From: Eledone cirrhosa
Taxonomy: Eukaryota
Assembly (NCBI GenBank): GCA_964016885.1
Contig: OZ024741.1
Location: forward strand, 134,540,001 to 134,604,000
Direction of reading: 5' to 3'
Length of the DNA: 64,000 nucleotides
This document shows positions 26,703 through 39,289 of the stretch, one piece after another. Under the pieces are notes generated by a model. That model saw only the letters and a list, made by a program, of their open reading frames with translations. It ran no database searches and had not been told where the DNA came from. Numbering within the stretch: the stretch's first letter is position 1; each line of letters opens with the position of its first letter. The position numbers and the translations under genes are program-made.

Positions 26703-27016
26703 GTAAGTACCATCCCCATCCCACTCCACCGTTGCACCCCCACCCCATTTACTGGGTTCAATAATTAGCACTACCACTGCCCACTGTTGCTCTTACTCTG
26801 CCCTATTTTCTGGATTCTGCTGGCTATAATTACCTAGATATTGAATGTTCACACATCTCATTCAACGTAATATTACTGTTTACTACATCTCTTTCATGGA
26901 TCGATTTTGGTTTTCTTTTTAATTTTTCTTTAGGTTGTCACTGATAGGGTTTCTATTCTTCTAAAGCTGTGCAAGGGAACTTGAATTGCTTGTTTAACTG
27001 TACACACACACACAGA

Positions 27017-28006
27017 CAGAGGGTTGCCCAGCTCTTTGAGGACATTTACGTGAATTTAGTAAAATACGCATAAGTTACGAAAGAAGAGCTTTGAGAGAAC
27101 ATTGGCATGAATAATCTTGAAACTCTTTTTCAAGCATCAAGTTGATGAATCTGCCGATAGCATCAATATCTTTTTCAATACGAGGTCTGAAATGTTGGCA
27201 TGCCTGAATCAGATGATTTTTATGTATTTTGGATATTGTGCTAGCTGTGGTGGACTTCAGATATTTTATAGTGTTTGACTTCCCTCTCAACTATGTTCCA
27301 TACGTAATAGTCCAACAGATTCTCTAGCCAAGGCCTTATAACCCTATTCAACATTTCCTTTAGTCAGCAGCATTGACCTCCTGAAGAAAGAAGTGAGTAG
27401 TCATGACATCTGCCTCAATACTCATGACTCCTAGAACCATCATGATTGCAGGAAACTTTGTATGCTAGACTGTTGGAAATCTTTAGGGTCTCTGCATAAC
27501 CATCTGTCATTTCTTTGGTTGACATTTTTGTCCCGATCAAAGATTTTCTCATTAGAGAAAAACTAAAGCATTCAAGGCTTTTGATGTTTCAACTTGCTCA
27601 ACAAACACTTTGTGTGGATCTGATGGTTATCTTTTATCTTAGCAGGCATGAATTGACTTCTCTGCCTTACGTATCAATTGTATCAAACGTCTTCATGCAC
27701 AATTCTTCTGATAGTGTGCCTTGAAACCTTGAGTGCCTTAGCAAGGCTGCTAATTGACTTTCTGGGGTTCCTATTGATAATTTTGGATGTTCTGATGGTA
27801 TTAGGACACTTACCAGGTGTTTTATGTTCGGCTACTTCAGGAAGCGAGCAATCTCTAAATCACTATACTCTGCCTTTAAGGCAACAATTACATCTTATCT
27901 TTTTCATTATCTGAGTTAGCTTGATGTCTGTCATCATTTATCTGTAAAGAAATGATAATCAGAACAAGTTAGAATTAATAAAATATGTCCTCAAAATAAC
28001 TACGCA

Positions 28007-28012
<6 letters not shown>
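27017..28012 (-). mobile_element. Decayed Tc1/mariner transposon, maT/DD37D-like
   Basis: TIRs agggttgc..tttgaggacat / atgtcctcaaaa..gcaaccct; minus-strand remnants HTKFPAIMMVLGVMS, LLDYYVW, HLIQACQHFRPRIE. Confidence 0.75.
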
Positions 28013-28053
<41 letters not shown>

Positions 28054-28108
28054 TTATGAATATCTATGCATAATTGTGTATGTATGTATGTATGTGTGTG
28101 TGTGTGTG

Positions 28109-28140
<32 letters not shown>

Positions 28141-29144
28141 TATATAAAGACCCGACTTCCCACGGGTACAAGCCGAAGCTGAAGCATATAGATAATCTCC
28201 CACTGCAAAGTGGTTGTGGAGGTGTCACGACAAAAAAGCACCCAGCTCACACTGTTAAGTGGCCGTGTAGGCACCACGCTAAAAAAAGCACCCAGCACTC
28301 ACTGTAAATAAGGTTGGTGTTAGGAAGGGCATCCAGCTGTAGAAATCAAGCCAAAATCAGTTCCTGTACAAGCAAGACAAGGTCACCCGACTTGGCATTG
28401 CCCACAACAGGACAACCCATGTAACCCATGCTAGTGTGGAAGAATGGACGTAAGACGGTGATGATGATATATATATTTTGTCCTTGTTACCTGGCTTTCC
28501 ACAATGAGGATGGGAAGAGACCAGACTGGAGACCAGTTCACCTTTAGAAAGAATGATATCTATTAAGCTTACTCCAATGTTATGAAAATGACAGTCTACC
28601 AAAACTTATCAGGATAGAGGTATAAATATACAGTTTTAAAATATTGCCAAACAAAGGCTTGGGAGGCCCTTCAATTGTGACAAAGACAGGACAACCTCCC
28701 TAATTTTGGTGATCTACATGATAAACGCACCCAGTACATGCTGTAAAATGGTTGGTGATAGAAAGGTCATTCAGCTGTAGAAAGATGCTAAACAAAGGGT
28801 TAGAAAGACCTTTCATTTATATCAAGGACATGACAACCTCCCTAGTGCTGGTGCTATGATAAAATGTAATTGCTAAAGCGAAATGCAGACCTGTTGCCTG
28901 TCTGGGAGGTCAGTAGTCTCGCTTCAGTACTGACTTGGTCTGTGAAGACCTGTCCAACACTTGCTAACAGTAAAAGTGGATGTTAAATGATGATGCCCCT
29001 GTCAACAGGACAATATACTAGTAGAAACAGATATACATTGATATTTAATTTCAACAGTTATTTAAATAGATTTAACTTTTAATCATTCAATACAATTGAA
29101 AGCAAGGTTTTTTTTTAAACACTATTTAAATATTTGAAATGTTT

Positions 29145-29690
29145 GCAAGAATTGCAGGAGCTGGTGCAGTAATGTGCCAACTTCAGCATTCGGTAGTCAG
29201 TAAAAGGGAGGTAGGTGTAAAAACCAAACTCGCTATCTTTGTGCCAACCCTTACCTATGGCCATGAATCTTGAGTAATGACTGAAAGAATATGACAGCGA
29301 AACCAAGCAGTTAAAATGTGGTTCATCTGAAGGGTCTTTTGAGAACATTACTCGATAGAGTGCATAGCTCGGAGATCAGAGAGTTATTCTAGGTAGAGCT
29401 GCTACTTCTCCAGAGTGAAAGATCACAGCTCCGATGTTACGGACATGTGGTTAGAATGTCTCAGGAAAGAATTGCTGGACAGATTTTATGGGCAAAACTA
29501 GCTTGTAGGAGACCCAGGGGTAGACCATGAGCAAGATGGTTGGATAACGTTCATGAGCTTGGCTAGTCTCACTTGGGCATCCAGCTGGATCAGTTGGAAA
29601 TGGTTCTTTTTGACTGGACCCACTGGTAGAGGTGTTTGAGGACTCTGTCCCCACAACCCTCCCAGGAATAAGTGGGTGAAGAAGAAATGT
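29145..29690 (+). mobile_element. Expander/Rex3-like RTE fragment
   Basis: Homologous to 5740-6192 and to 25065-25740 (inverted). Confidence 0.8.
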
Positions 29691-30774
29691 TTGCATCCCA
29701 ATTCAAATGACCACTATAATAATGGTTTCTCATTTAGGCACAAGGCCAACAATTTTGGGTGAGGAGAAGTCGATTAAATCAATTCCTGTGCATTACTGGG
29801 ACTTTATATCATTGATCATGTGAGGATGAAAAGCAAAGCTAACCTCAGCAGGATTTGAATTCAGAACATAAAGGGCCATAACTATATGCTTCAAAGCATG
29901 TTGACCAACCCTCTACCGATATGACAATCCACTGCACTAGTGACGATAATGAACATAATAATGATAATAATAATTGTTTCTACTTTTGGCACAAGGCCAG
30001 CACTTATCCAGTGCATTACTGGTACTTTAATGATAATAATAATAATAGTAGTTGATCACTACAAATAATAGTTTAGAAAATTGGGTAGAGAACCCTTGTA
30101 AATGGAAAAAAGGGGAGAGAAGTGCCTGCAAGGAATTGAACTCTGCATATCTTGGATGATAGGCGAGTGATTTAAATATTACAATCATTCTGTCTATTTG
30201 GAAGATTTTAGTGGTTGCTGAGGAAGCATTGGGAATATGTGAAATGTGTGCATCCTACTGCAAATGACTATAATAATAGTTGTTAATCACTATAAATATA
30301 TATAGTGATTGACTGTTATTTAGCTTTGTTTTTCATCCTTATAGTACCAGTAATGCACTGGGATTGATATAATCGACTTTCTCCTCCTCTCAAAATTGTT
30401 GACTTTGTGCCTAAATCAGAAACCATTATTTATTAAAATAAAGAAAGCATTATTTATGTTGGGACTCACTCTTTTGAAATTTCCCAATGTTTCCTAAGCC
30501 AACTGTTGTTATTTAACTATTATTTATCTCTTGTAATTTGAATTGGATCTCTGAAACTTCTCTCTATAAATCTCTGTGATCTCTTCCATCTTATTCTCAT
30601 TTCTGCTTGTCTTTCATGTCTTCACACTTCACTTCATCTATGACTATCTTTGGGATCTGTCACATTCCCCATCTGCTTGTTTCTTCAACCAACTTACACA
30701 CTGGTTATCAGAGCAATAATATTTTCTGTGACATGTCAGGTATTTTTTTTTTATTGCAATTGCATTGTTATTGT

Positions 30775-31005
30775 GAAGGCATGTGGCTTTGCAGTTAGAG
30801 CATTGGGTTCACAATTGTGAGGTTATGAGTTCAATGCTTGGACTGAGTAGTGTGTTGTTCCATTGAGCAAGACACTTTATTTTATGTTGTTCCAGTTCAC
30901 TCAGCTGGAAAAATGAGTTGTGAAATCACTGGTGCCAAGATGTATCAGCCTTTGCCTTTCCCTTGGACAACACCATATATTGCGTATATATATACTACAC
31001 ATAAG

Positions 31006-31057
<52 letters not shown>

Positions 31058-31258
31058 TACAGGGTATATATGAGTTGCGATGTCACTGGTGACAAGCTGT
31101 ATTGACCTTTGCTTTTCCCTCGAACAATACCAAGGGGAGACTGACATAGATGGGTGACGACTGGTCTTCCACAAAAATACCGTGTCAGGTTTTGTGCCTC
31201 AGAAGAAATTTCTAATTGCAAAGTCCATGGTCATTCATGAATAAAGGGGTTTTTAACC

Positions 31259-31260
<2 letters not shown>
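30775..31260 (+). mobile_element. tRNA-derived SINE, interrupted by (TA)n; family also at 52975-53310 and 7140-7390
   Basis: ttgagcaagacactttattt..ccagttcactcagctg..aaatgagttg core. Confidence 0.7.
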
Positions 31261-31308
<48 letters not shown>

Positions 31309-31718
31309 CATTATTATTATTGAAAAGATATCTTGCTGTGTATATAATATAGTGTATATAATATACTTTAGAAAATGCAAGATGTCTTCTTCATATACTG
31401 TATGGCTCAGAAGTATATAACTTATGTACTGCAGTATACAGAACTTATATTTAAAATTGGATCTAATATGAGTGTGAAATGCCAAATATATTTGCCAGTG
31501 TTTAGGTGTCTGATGACAACAGATGTCCCATCATGCTTAGTAGTCAGTTATTGACTGTGCGAATTTCAAAATACAATGGAGATAAAGATTTCAATTCAGA
31601 ACTGAAAAAAAAAAAATTTATCTAAAACTTGCAGCCATTTTTCTTTGTGAAAATTTACGATATACCTTGTTAGTTTTTAAATAATAGGATGACAGAAAAG
31701 AAAAAATCTTTATTTCAG

Positions 31719-31862
31719 TATTTTGAAAATCTTAGCGTCAATAATGAAATTCCTCCTGTCAATATGGCTAAATCTATGACCCTACAGCACCAACCTCCAC
31801 TTATCAGTGTTCCACCACAAAGATCGAAAACTTTACCATCTCAAATGCCTTCTTATGTCGAG
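31719..31862 (+). CDS. ARHGAP12: ARHGAP12/27-like exon, Pro-rich linker (YFENLSVNNEIPPV...MPSYVE)
   Basis: Acceptor tctttatttcag, donor GAG|gtttgt; 144 nt, phase 0-0, open frame. Confidence 0.8.
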
Positions 31863-32277
31863 GTTTGTATAACTCTATCTCTTTTTTTGTTCATTTTTTT
31901 TTTCATTTCTTCAGAAATAAAGTGGGGAGCAATTCAATTCTCCAGCTAGTTTATAGGCATCGTCTTTGAATTCATAAGTTTTGTGAATGTTTAATAAATA
32001 GTTAAACCAAATTGAACTTCAACATATTCGTGATTGCTTTCCTCTAGCTTCAAACTGTTACAGTTTTTTTGTTGTTTTTTTACTCAACATATAGACTTGT
32101 ATATAAGCCAAGAAATGTGTGACAAAAAAAAAAAGAATCTATGACAAACCGTGATGGGGGTGGAGGAACTTATAATTGAGGTCAATATTTGCTGATTTTC
32201 ACCAACTTCAACATCTACTTAAAAAAAGGGGCACCAAAATATCTGGAGTGATTGCTTTACAATGAAACACTACATTT

Positions 32278-32728
32278 TAGGTGACACTACAAAAATCACC
32301 CAGTCCACCCTTTACAGTGGTCCTATTAGTGACACAACTAAAAGCAACCAGTCCACCTTGTAAAGTGGTTGTGTTGGTGACATGATAAAAAGCGGCCATT
32401 CCACCCTGCACTATGGTCGTAATATTGATATGACAAAAAGCACCCAGACCACCCTGTAAAATGGTTGTGTTCGTGACACGATGAAAAAGTACCCAGTCCA
32501 ACCTGTCAGATGGTTGTTTTGGTGCCATGATAAAAAGCACCCAGTTCATGCTGCAGATGTGGTTGGTGTTAGGAAACGCATCCAATCATAGAAAAAAAAA
32601 AAACAGTCAGAAACAGTTCTGTATGAACAAGACACAATCACCTGATCAAAACTTGTTTCACAATGAGACAACATGTCTAACCCATGCTAGCATAGAAAAA
32701 TGAACGTTAAACGATGATGTTGATGATT
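32278..32728 (+). repeat. ~42-bp tandem units (aaaagcacccagtccaccctgtaaagtggt..) ending in an RTE-type tail; similar arrays at 45445-45835, 50940-51310, 54320-54695
   Basis: Variable-copy internal unit of the SINE/RTE 3' region. Confidence 0.75.
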
Positions 32729-33069
32729 TTTCATATTCACAATCTTTATTTATGTTTTCATTTCTTCCAGTATGTCAGTGGCCTTAATTAATTTTGAGTT
32801 ATTAAATGTTCCAATTAATGTTCTGTTAGAGTTGATGTGTTCTGGAAGTTACACATACCTATGTAATGCTAATTACACAGACACCATATGGTGATGTGTC
32901 AAAATGTGATACTGTTTATTGTTTTAAGTAATTACCACTATATTAAGATTACTGAGAAAGTCTAGCTCACACTGTAGTATTTCTTTGAAGTGATAAATTT
33001 CAATCATTTTTTCTTATACTGAAGAGGCACATACACAACAGTCTCTTTGCCTGCCTGCCTGCCTGCCTG

Positions 33070-33138
<69 letters not shown>

Positions 33139-33323
33139 ATTTTTCTATTTCTTTAATTTCTCATTCATTCTTTTGATGAAGGGCTAGCATCCGAAACGCT
33201 AAGATCCTCTTCCTGCTATTTCAAGCGTTAAACTAATATATTCTTTCCATGTACTGTGCCATTTGTTTTGTTATTTTTGTTATTTATGTTTACCTTTTAT
33301 ATATATATTTATTATTAGTACAG

Positions 33324-33378
<55 letters not shown>

Positions 33379-33721
33379 TCATCATCATTTTACGTCAGCT
33401 TTTTCCCTGCTTGCAAGGGTGGGACGGGAACTGATTCTGGCTTGATTTCTACAGCTGGATGCCCTTCCTAACACCGACCTCATTTACAGTGAATGCTGGG
33501 TGCTTTTTTGCCGTGGCACCTCCACGACCACTTTGCAGTGGAATGATAGGGACCCCAGTCGCTATCATCTCATTTCTACAGCTGAGTAAACTGGAGCAAA
33601 GTGAAATAAAGTGTCTTGCTCAAGGAAACAACACATCACCCGGTCTGGAATTGAACTCACAACCTTTCGATTGCAAGGCTCTAACCACTAAATCATGTGC
33701 CTCCATTATATATATATATAT

Positions 33722-34125
33722 ATAGTGTGTGTGTAGTACACTGAAATACTGGTGTTGGTACCAAAGCAAGCACTCTATGCACAGGCAGAGTGTATATAAT
33801 AGAAAGAAACGAGGAAGTTTCGTTTACATATGAAAAATATTGCGTATCGACCTGTTTCGCAGGGGATTGGCTCAACGTGACCCATAGGAGTTATGGACCT
33901 GACTCCAGTATCGATCTGCTCGTCAGACTAGTTTGCAACAAACGACAACAAAAATGTATCTTTTGTTGCATCACCAATCTGACGAGCAGATCGTCACAGG
34001 TGTCGGGTCCATAACTCCCATGGATCACCATGAGCCAATCTCTGCGAAATGCGCGTATCAGGTCGATATGCAATAAATATTTTTCATATGTAAACAAAAC
34101 TTCCACGCTTTTTCTATTTTTATAT
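33722..34125 (-). mobile_element. Fold-back Penelope-like end with large-loop hammerhead-like cores (element 4)
   Basis: Imperfect inverted arms ~33793-33927 / ~33978-34118; CTGACGA-GCAG...CTGC-GAAA on both strands; minus-strand TAGAGTGCT at ~33769-33777; (TA)n flanks. Confidence 0.65.
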
Positions 34126-34229
34126 ATATTTTATATATATACACATATATGTATACAAAAGTGGATGTTAAATGATGAGGATTAATCCTTGTCGAGTCCT
34201 CTTTGGATTTTGGTCTGCGTAATTATTAT

Positions 34230-34269
<40 letters not shown>

Positions 34270-35599
34270 TGTAAAGTGATTGGTGATGGGAAGGGCTTCC
34301 AACCATAGATAGCTTGCCAAAAAATAGGACCTTCCAGTTGGTGTCAGACATGACAATCTCTCTAGTGCTGGTTTCACGATAAAATGCACTTGGTGGAGCA
34401 TTGGACCATACGTAAGTGAGGTGCAGAACGTGGCCTGTCTGAGAGGTCAGTAGCCCCACTTGAGTACTGAAATTATATTCCTGAATGTCATAAAAGAAGA
34501 CTAAAATGGTTGGTGTTAGGAAGGATATCTGACTGTAAAATATCCCTCAAAAAGACCCTTCTAACTCATGCCAGCATAGGGAGCTCAACATAATGATAAT
34601 GGTGATATATACTATATATATATTTTATTGTTTTTAGTGATTTTTTTTCTTTGTGATATTGTCTTCTAAAAATTAAGACTTTGCTGTATTTCCTTTCTTC
34701 CTCCTCCTTTGTCGATCTCCCCATCCTCCTCCTTTCCCCCTCCTTTTCCTTCTTCATCGATCTCCCCCTCTTCCTCCTTCGTCAATCTCCTTGTTCTCCT
34801 TTGTCGATCTCCTTGTTCTCCTCCTCTTCCTTTGTCAATCTCCCTATCCTCCACTTCCTCCTCCTTCGTCAATCTCCCTATCCTCCACTTCCTCCTCCTT
34901 CGTCAATCTCCCCGTGCTCCTCTGTTCTCCTCTCCGTTCTCCGCCTCCCCTTCATCATCATCCCTTCCTCCTAATTCACCGTTCTCCTCTGCCCCCCCCC
35001 CTCCCCTTCATCATCATCCACCACCACCACCATCACCACAATCTTAAACTACTGAACATCATCATAATATCTATATAATTTCACCTTCTCTTCCTTAGTT
35101 TCAGTCAATAGCTAGATTTTACTCTTACTAACATTTTTAATATTCTAATTGATTCAGTTTTTTTTATTTATTACATTTTTCAGTTTCTCTTTTTACATTT
35201 TGTTTTTGACTCAGTAAAATAATCTTAATAGAATATTTTTATTATTCTATTTTAAAAATAAAAAAAATATTTTATATTAAATATTTATTGATTTCAGAGT
35301 AAAACTTGTGTGTTAATCATTAACTGTTTATTCTGACATATCAGTTTGATGTAGCTGGCTTCTTGTCACAACTGGAGCTATTTGGCCGCGACTGTGGTAA
35401 TGGGTTATCTCATTTGGGCACTTACCTTTTCCTATTTGAGGGAAGTAAATCCCTAATCTGGGACACTATGTGCTGTGACTCTTTCTCTGTTTCCAACCTT
35501 GTTAATTTGGCTTTAAACCTGAGCACTGTTGTCAGCAATTCAAAGGAGAGGAACATAACCAAATTCCAGGGCTTGACTGATCATTTCCTTTTTGTACAG

Positions 35600-35671
35600 A
35601 TCACCTTCAAGACCATGGATGTCCTCAGGCCTCGAACTCCTATAAAATTGAAAAGACAGCAGCCTGCCTGA
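35600..35671 (+). CDS. Candidate alternative terminal/poison exon (ITFKTMDVLRPRTPIKLKRQQPA*)
   Basis: Strong acceptor tgactgatcatttcctttttgtacag; phase 0 matches exon 31719-31862; TGA at 35669; AATAAA at 35834. Confidence 0.35.
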   Translation: MTFKTMDVLRPRTPIKLKRQQPA

Positions 35672-36249
35672 GGAAGGAGTCATGTGGGGCAAAGCTGAGT
35701 CATACCACTCAGACTGAGTCTTCTTTCATTGCTTAATTTCTTTTTTACTTTTCATTTATGTCTGGGTTTTAATTTGAGCAAAACACTTTATTTCATAAGC
35801 TTATCAGACATCTTGTATCTATAACGAGAAGTAAATAAATCTTATGATTCTAGCGACTAAAGTTAACATGTATGCTTCCTAATTTGGACAGAAACTATTA
35901 TCAGCTGCCATTTATTGTAGTGGTTAGCATGCTTGACCAGTGTCAAGAGATACATAGTCTGATTTTCTCTAGTGGCTGCTGGCCTCTTATTTTCTGTCCC
36001 TAAGGCTATTTTACCTGATATTATCATTGTAACGAATCTGTGTTTGGATTTCAATATTTTTAATTTCAAACCATCCAAATGCTTCAATAAATCGAAGATT
36101 TGTTTATTTCCAAATTTAGCTGCTAAAACTACAATATGGTCAGAGGTAACAAAATAAAATGAAACTGCATCATCCTTTGTGCAGGTTAACAAGGATGCAT
36201 TTAGGTCTTAGGTAGAGGGGCCTGTTAAAAAAATATATTGCAACCTCCA

Positions 36250-37512
36250 TTTCATGCTGTAAAAACTGGCGATGAGCCCGTGACCTATCCCGGGAGGCAT
36301 GGGATGGATGCGTAAAGATTGCATATCCTGGGACCCCAAAGAAGGTTCAGGAGAGAGTAATCCTTGATAATTGGAACCTGGAACATTACAACCCTTACAG
36401 CTATGTAGCAGGAACTAGTGGAGGAGGCTAGATGCTACTGGCTATATATAATCTATAATAAGTTCTGTGGCTTTGATATTGTTGATTTAGATGGAGGATG
36501 GAAACTTTACTATTCAGGTGTAGTGCCAGAAATGACTGCACGGGCAAGAGTGGGGATACTCACAAGCCCCTGCCTGTCAGAATGTGTTATAGACTGGATA
36601 CCATTAAGAGGGAGGATTTGCCTCTTGAAGCTTAGGTTGAAAGATAGGTCTCTGTGGGTGGTGCAAGTTTATGTATCAAACAGGTAAAAGTACACACACT
36701 TAGCAGAGTCCATTCAATGTGAGAGTTGGACTCTGCTAAGTGTGTGTACTTTTACCTCTCCTGTTCATTATTTTCATGAGTAGAATTGACATGTGGATCT
36801 GAGTTGGAAGTAGTATTATGACTGGCGGGTGTAAAATCAGTAAGCTAGAATTTGCAGACAACATGGTGTTACTTAACTTGACAGAAGATGATCTTTGACT
36901 TACTCTTGATAGGTTTGATGCAGTGTGCTGCATGGCTGGAATGAAAATCAGTACTGCGAAAACTGAGATACTCGTCTTCTCAAGGAAGCCTGCTCAATTC
37001 ACTCTACATGTGAATGGAATTCCACTGAAGTAGGTGGAGAAGTTCAAGTATCTTGGGACTCTGTTCACGAGTGATGGAACGCAAAAAAACTGAATTAAGT
37101 GCAAGAATTGCAAGAGCTGGTGCAGTAATGCATCAGCTTCAGTATTTGGTAATCAGAAGGAGGGATGTAGGTGTAAAAGCCAAACTTGCTATCTTCAATT
37201 CGGTATTTGTGCCAACCCTTACCTATGGTACTGAATCTTGAGTAATAACTGAAAGAATATGATTGCGAATCCAAGCAGTCAAAATGTGGTTCATCTGAAG
37301 GGTCTTTTGAGTAATTTTACTAGATAGAATGCATAGCTCAGAGATCAGAGAGTCATTCTAGGTAGAGCTGCTACTTCTCCAAATTGAAAGATCACAGCTC
37401 TGATATTACGGGAATGTGGTTAGAATGTCTCAGGCAAGAATTGCTGGTCAGATTTTATGGGCAAAGCTAACTGGCAGGAGACCCAAGGGTAGACACTGTG
37501 CAAGTTGGTTGG
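36250..37512 (+). mobile_element. Expander/Rex3-like RTE LINE with internal deletion (APE endonuclease start joined to RT end)
   Basis: GTWNITTL..GWKLYYSGV..VGILTSP..VVQVY, then PLLFIIFM..LEFADN..KFKYLG. Confidence 0.85.
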
Positions 37513-38289
37513 AAAACTATTGTATATAGTTTCTAATTTGGACAGAAACTGTTGGTTACTATTTGGCATAAAGGTTAATAGACTTGGCGAGAATTCAAGA
37601 GATGCGTAGTTCGATTCTCTGTTATGGCTGCTGTCCATTTATTTTCTAATGTTATCATTGTAGCTATTTTGTGTTTGGATATCAACATTTTAAAATATCT
37701 TGTAACTGTACAGTTAACAACTGTTTAATAATTCAACACCATCTCTTAGAGAACTTACTGTGTGAGAAAACAATGCTTTGCACTACTTGTACCAACTGTA
37801 AATCCTGCTGAGGGAAACTTTGCCAGTTATCCTTTCAGGGTCAATAAATAAAGTACCAGTAAAATACTGGGATCGATAAATAAAGTACTAGTTCAGGGGA
37901 AGTGGATTAGTGGAAATGTTAAATCATTAGTGGTATCTGTTGTTGCTCTTTTTAAAGCCTTCCACCATAATTTTATCTAAGAACCTTTGTTATGTTCCAA
38001 ACACTAGATTAATACTGAAAATTTGTATTACTAAATTCTTTTCAAATTATTTGAAATTTGTAGGTAATGTTTTTTTAATGAGAAATAGGGTAATTGTTAA
38101 AAACGTATGTGTTGTGGAAGAGCACTTGTTAATATCCTATTAGTAAAATTGTAAATCAATATATTATATAAACATGTTTAATCTATAAAACTAGTTCTAT
38201 GACAGTTCACATTATACTGTGGTACTTATTGAATAAATGTAGGTAGTGTCTGCTCCAGTAATTTTTAACATTTGAGAATATGAGTTGTA

Positions 38290-39262
38290 TATCATCATCA
38301 TCATCATTTTACGTCCGCTTTTCCCTGCTTGCAAGGGTGGGACGGGTCTTATTTAGCACAGCATCTCTCCACTTGTCATGGTCCTTCGTCATCTCCACCA
38401 TGAGCTTCAGCGATCTGAGGTCTGTTCTCACCATGTTTTTCGTGGTCTACCTCTACCATGACTTCCTTCAACTGGCATTTCCTGACACTTCTTCACCCAT
38501 CGGTCATCCTCCATGCTCATCACATGTCCATACCACCTCAGTCTCCTCTCTCGCACACTACATTCTATCCCTCTCAAACACAGTTTCTCTCTCAACACAT
38601 TCATGCTGGGTCGTTCATGCACATTGACATTGCACATCCAATGGAGCATGCTTGCCTCATTTCTCTCCAGGCGTCACATATCCTCTGCAGTTGCTGCCCA
38701 TGTCTCACTACCATGCAGCATCGCGCTCCTCACACAGGCATCATATAACCGGCCTTTCGTAAGCAAGGAGAAACCCTTCTTCGTCAGCAGAGGAAGCAGC
38801 TCCCTAAACTTCTTCCAACCCGTCCTTATTCTAGATACTATGGCCTCGGACCTCCCCCCCCCCTCCCATGCTAATCTGATCTCCTAGGTACCAGAAGCTA
38901 TCCACCACTTCTATAGCACCTGCCTGCATTTGAAAAATGTGTCTATCAATGCGACTTCTGTCTAATTTCCCTGTACATCTACTGCATACGTATTTCTCCC
39001 TACCTGTTAGTTTGCCTGCTATCCCACTACATCTCTTGTGTACCCAGGATCTGCATTGTGTGCATTTTATAGAATTTATGCCAGTTCCTTTTCTGCATAT
39101 CGAACATGGCCATTTCCCTGACAGAATCAGAGTTTTGTCCTCTTTTCTACTCATCAACACTTTTGTCTTAGCTAGGTTCACTCTCAGTCCTCTTGCTTCC
39201 AACTGCTGTTTCCATAGCCAGAATTTATTCTCTAGCTCCTGCACTGATTCTGCTATAATAGA
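38290..39262 (-). mobile_element. RTE LINE 3' fragment with a Cys/His-finger insertion
   Basis: GLRVNLAKTKV..WPCSICRKG..CTQCRSWVHKRCSG..CSRC..DSFWYLGD..RRLRWYGHV..GRPRKTW; (GAT)n tail. Confidence 0.9.
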
Positions 39263-39289
39263 TGCTAGACCTAAATAATATATAATATT

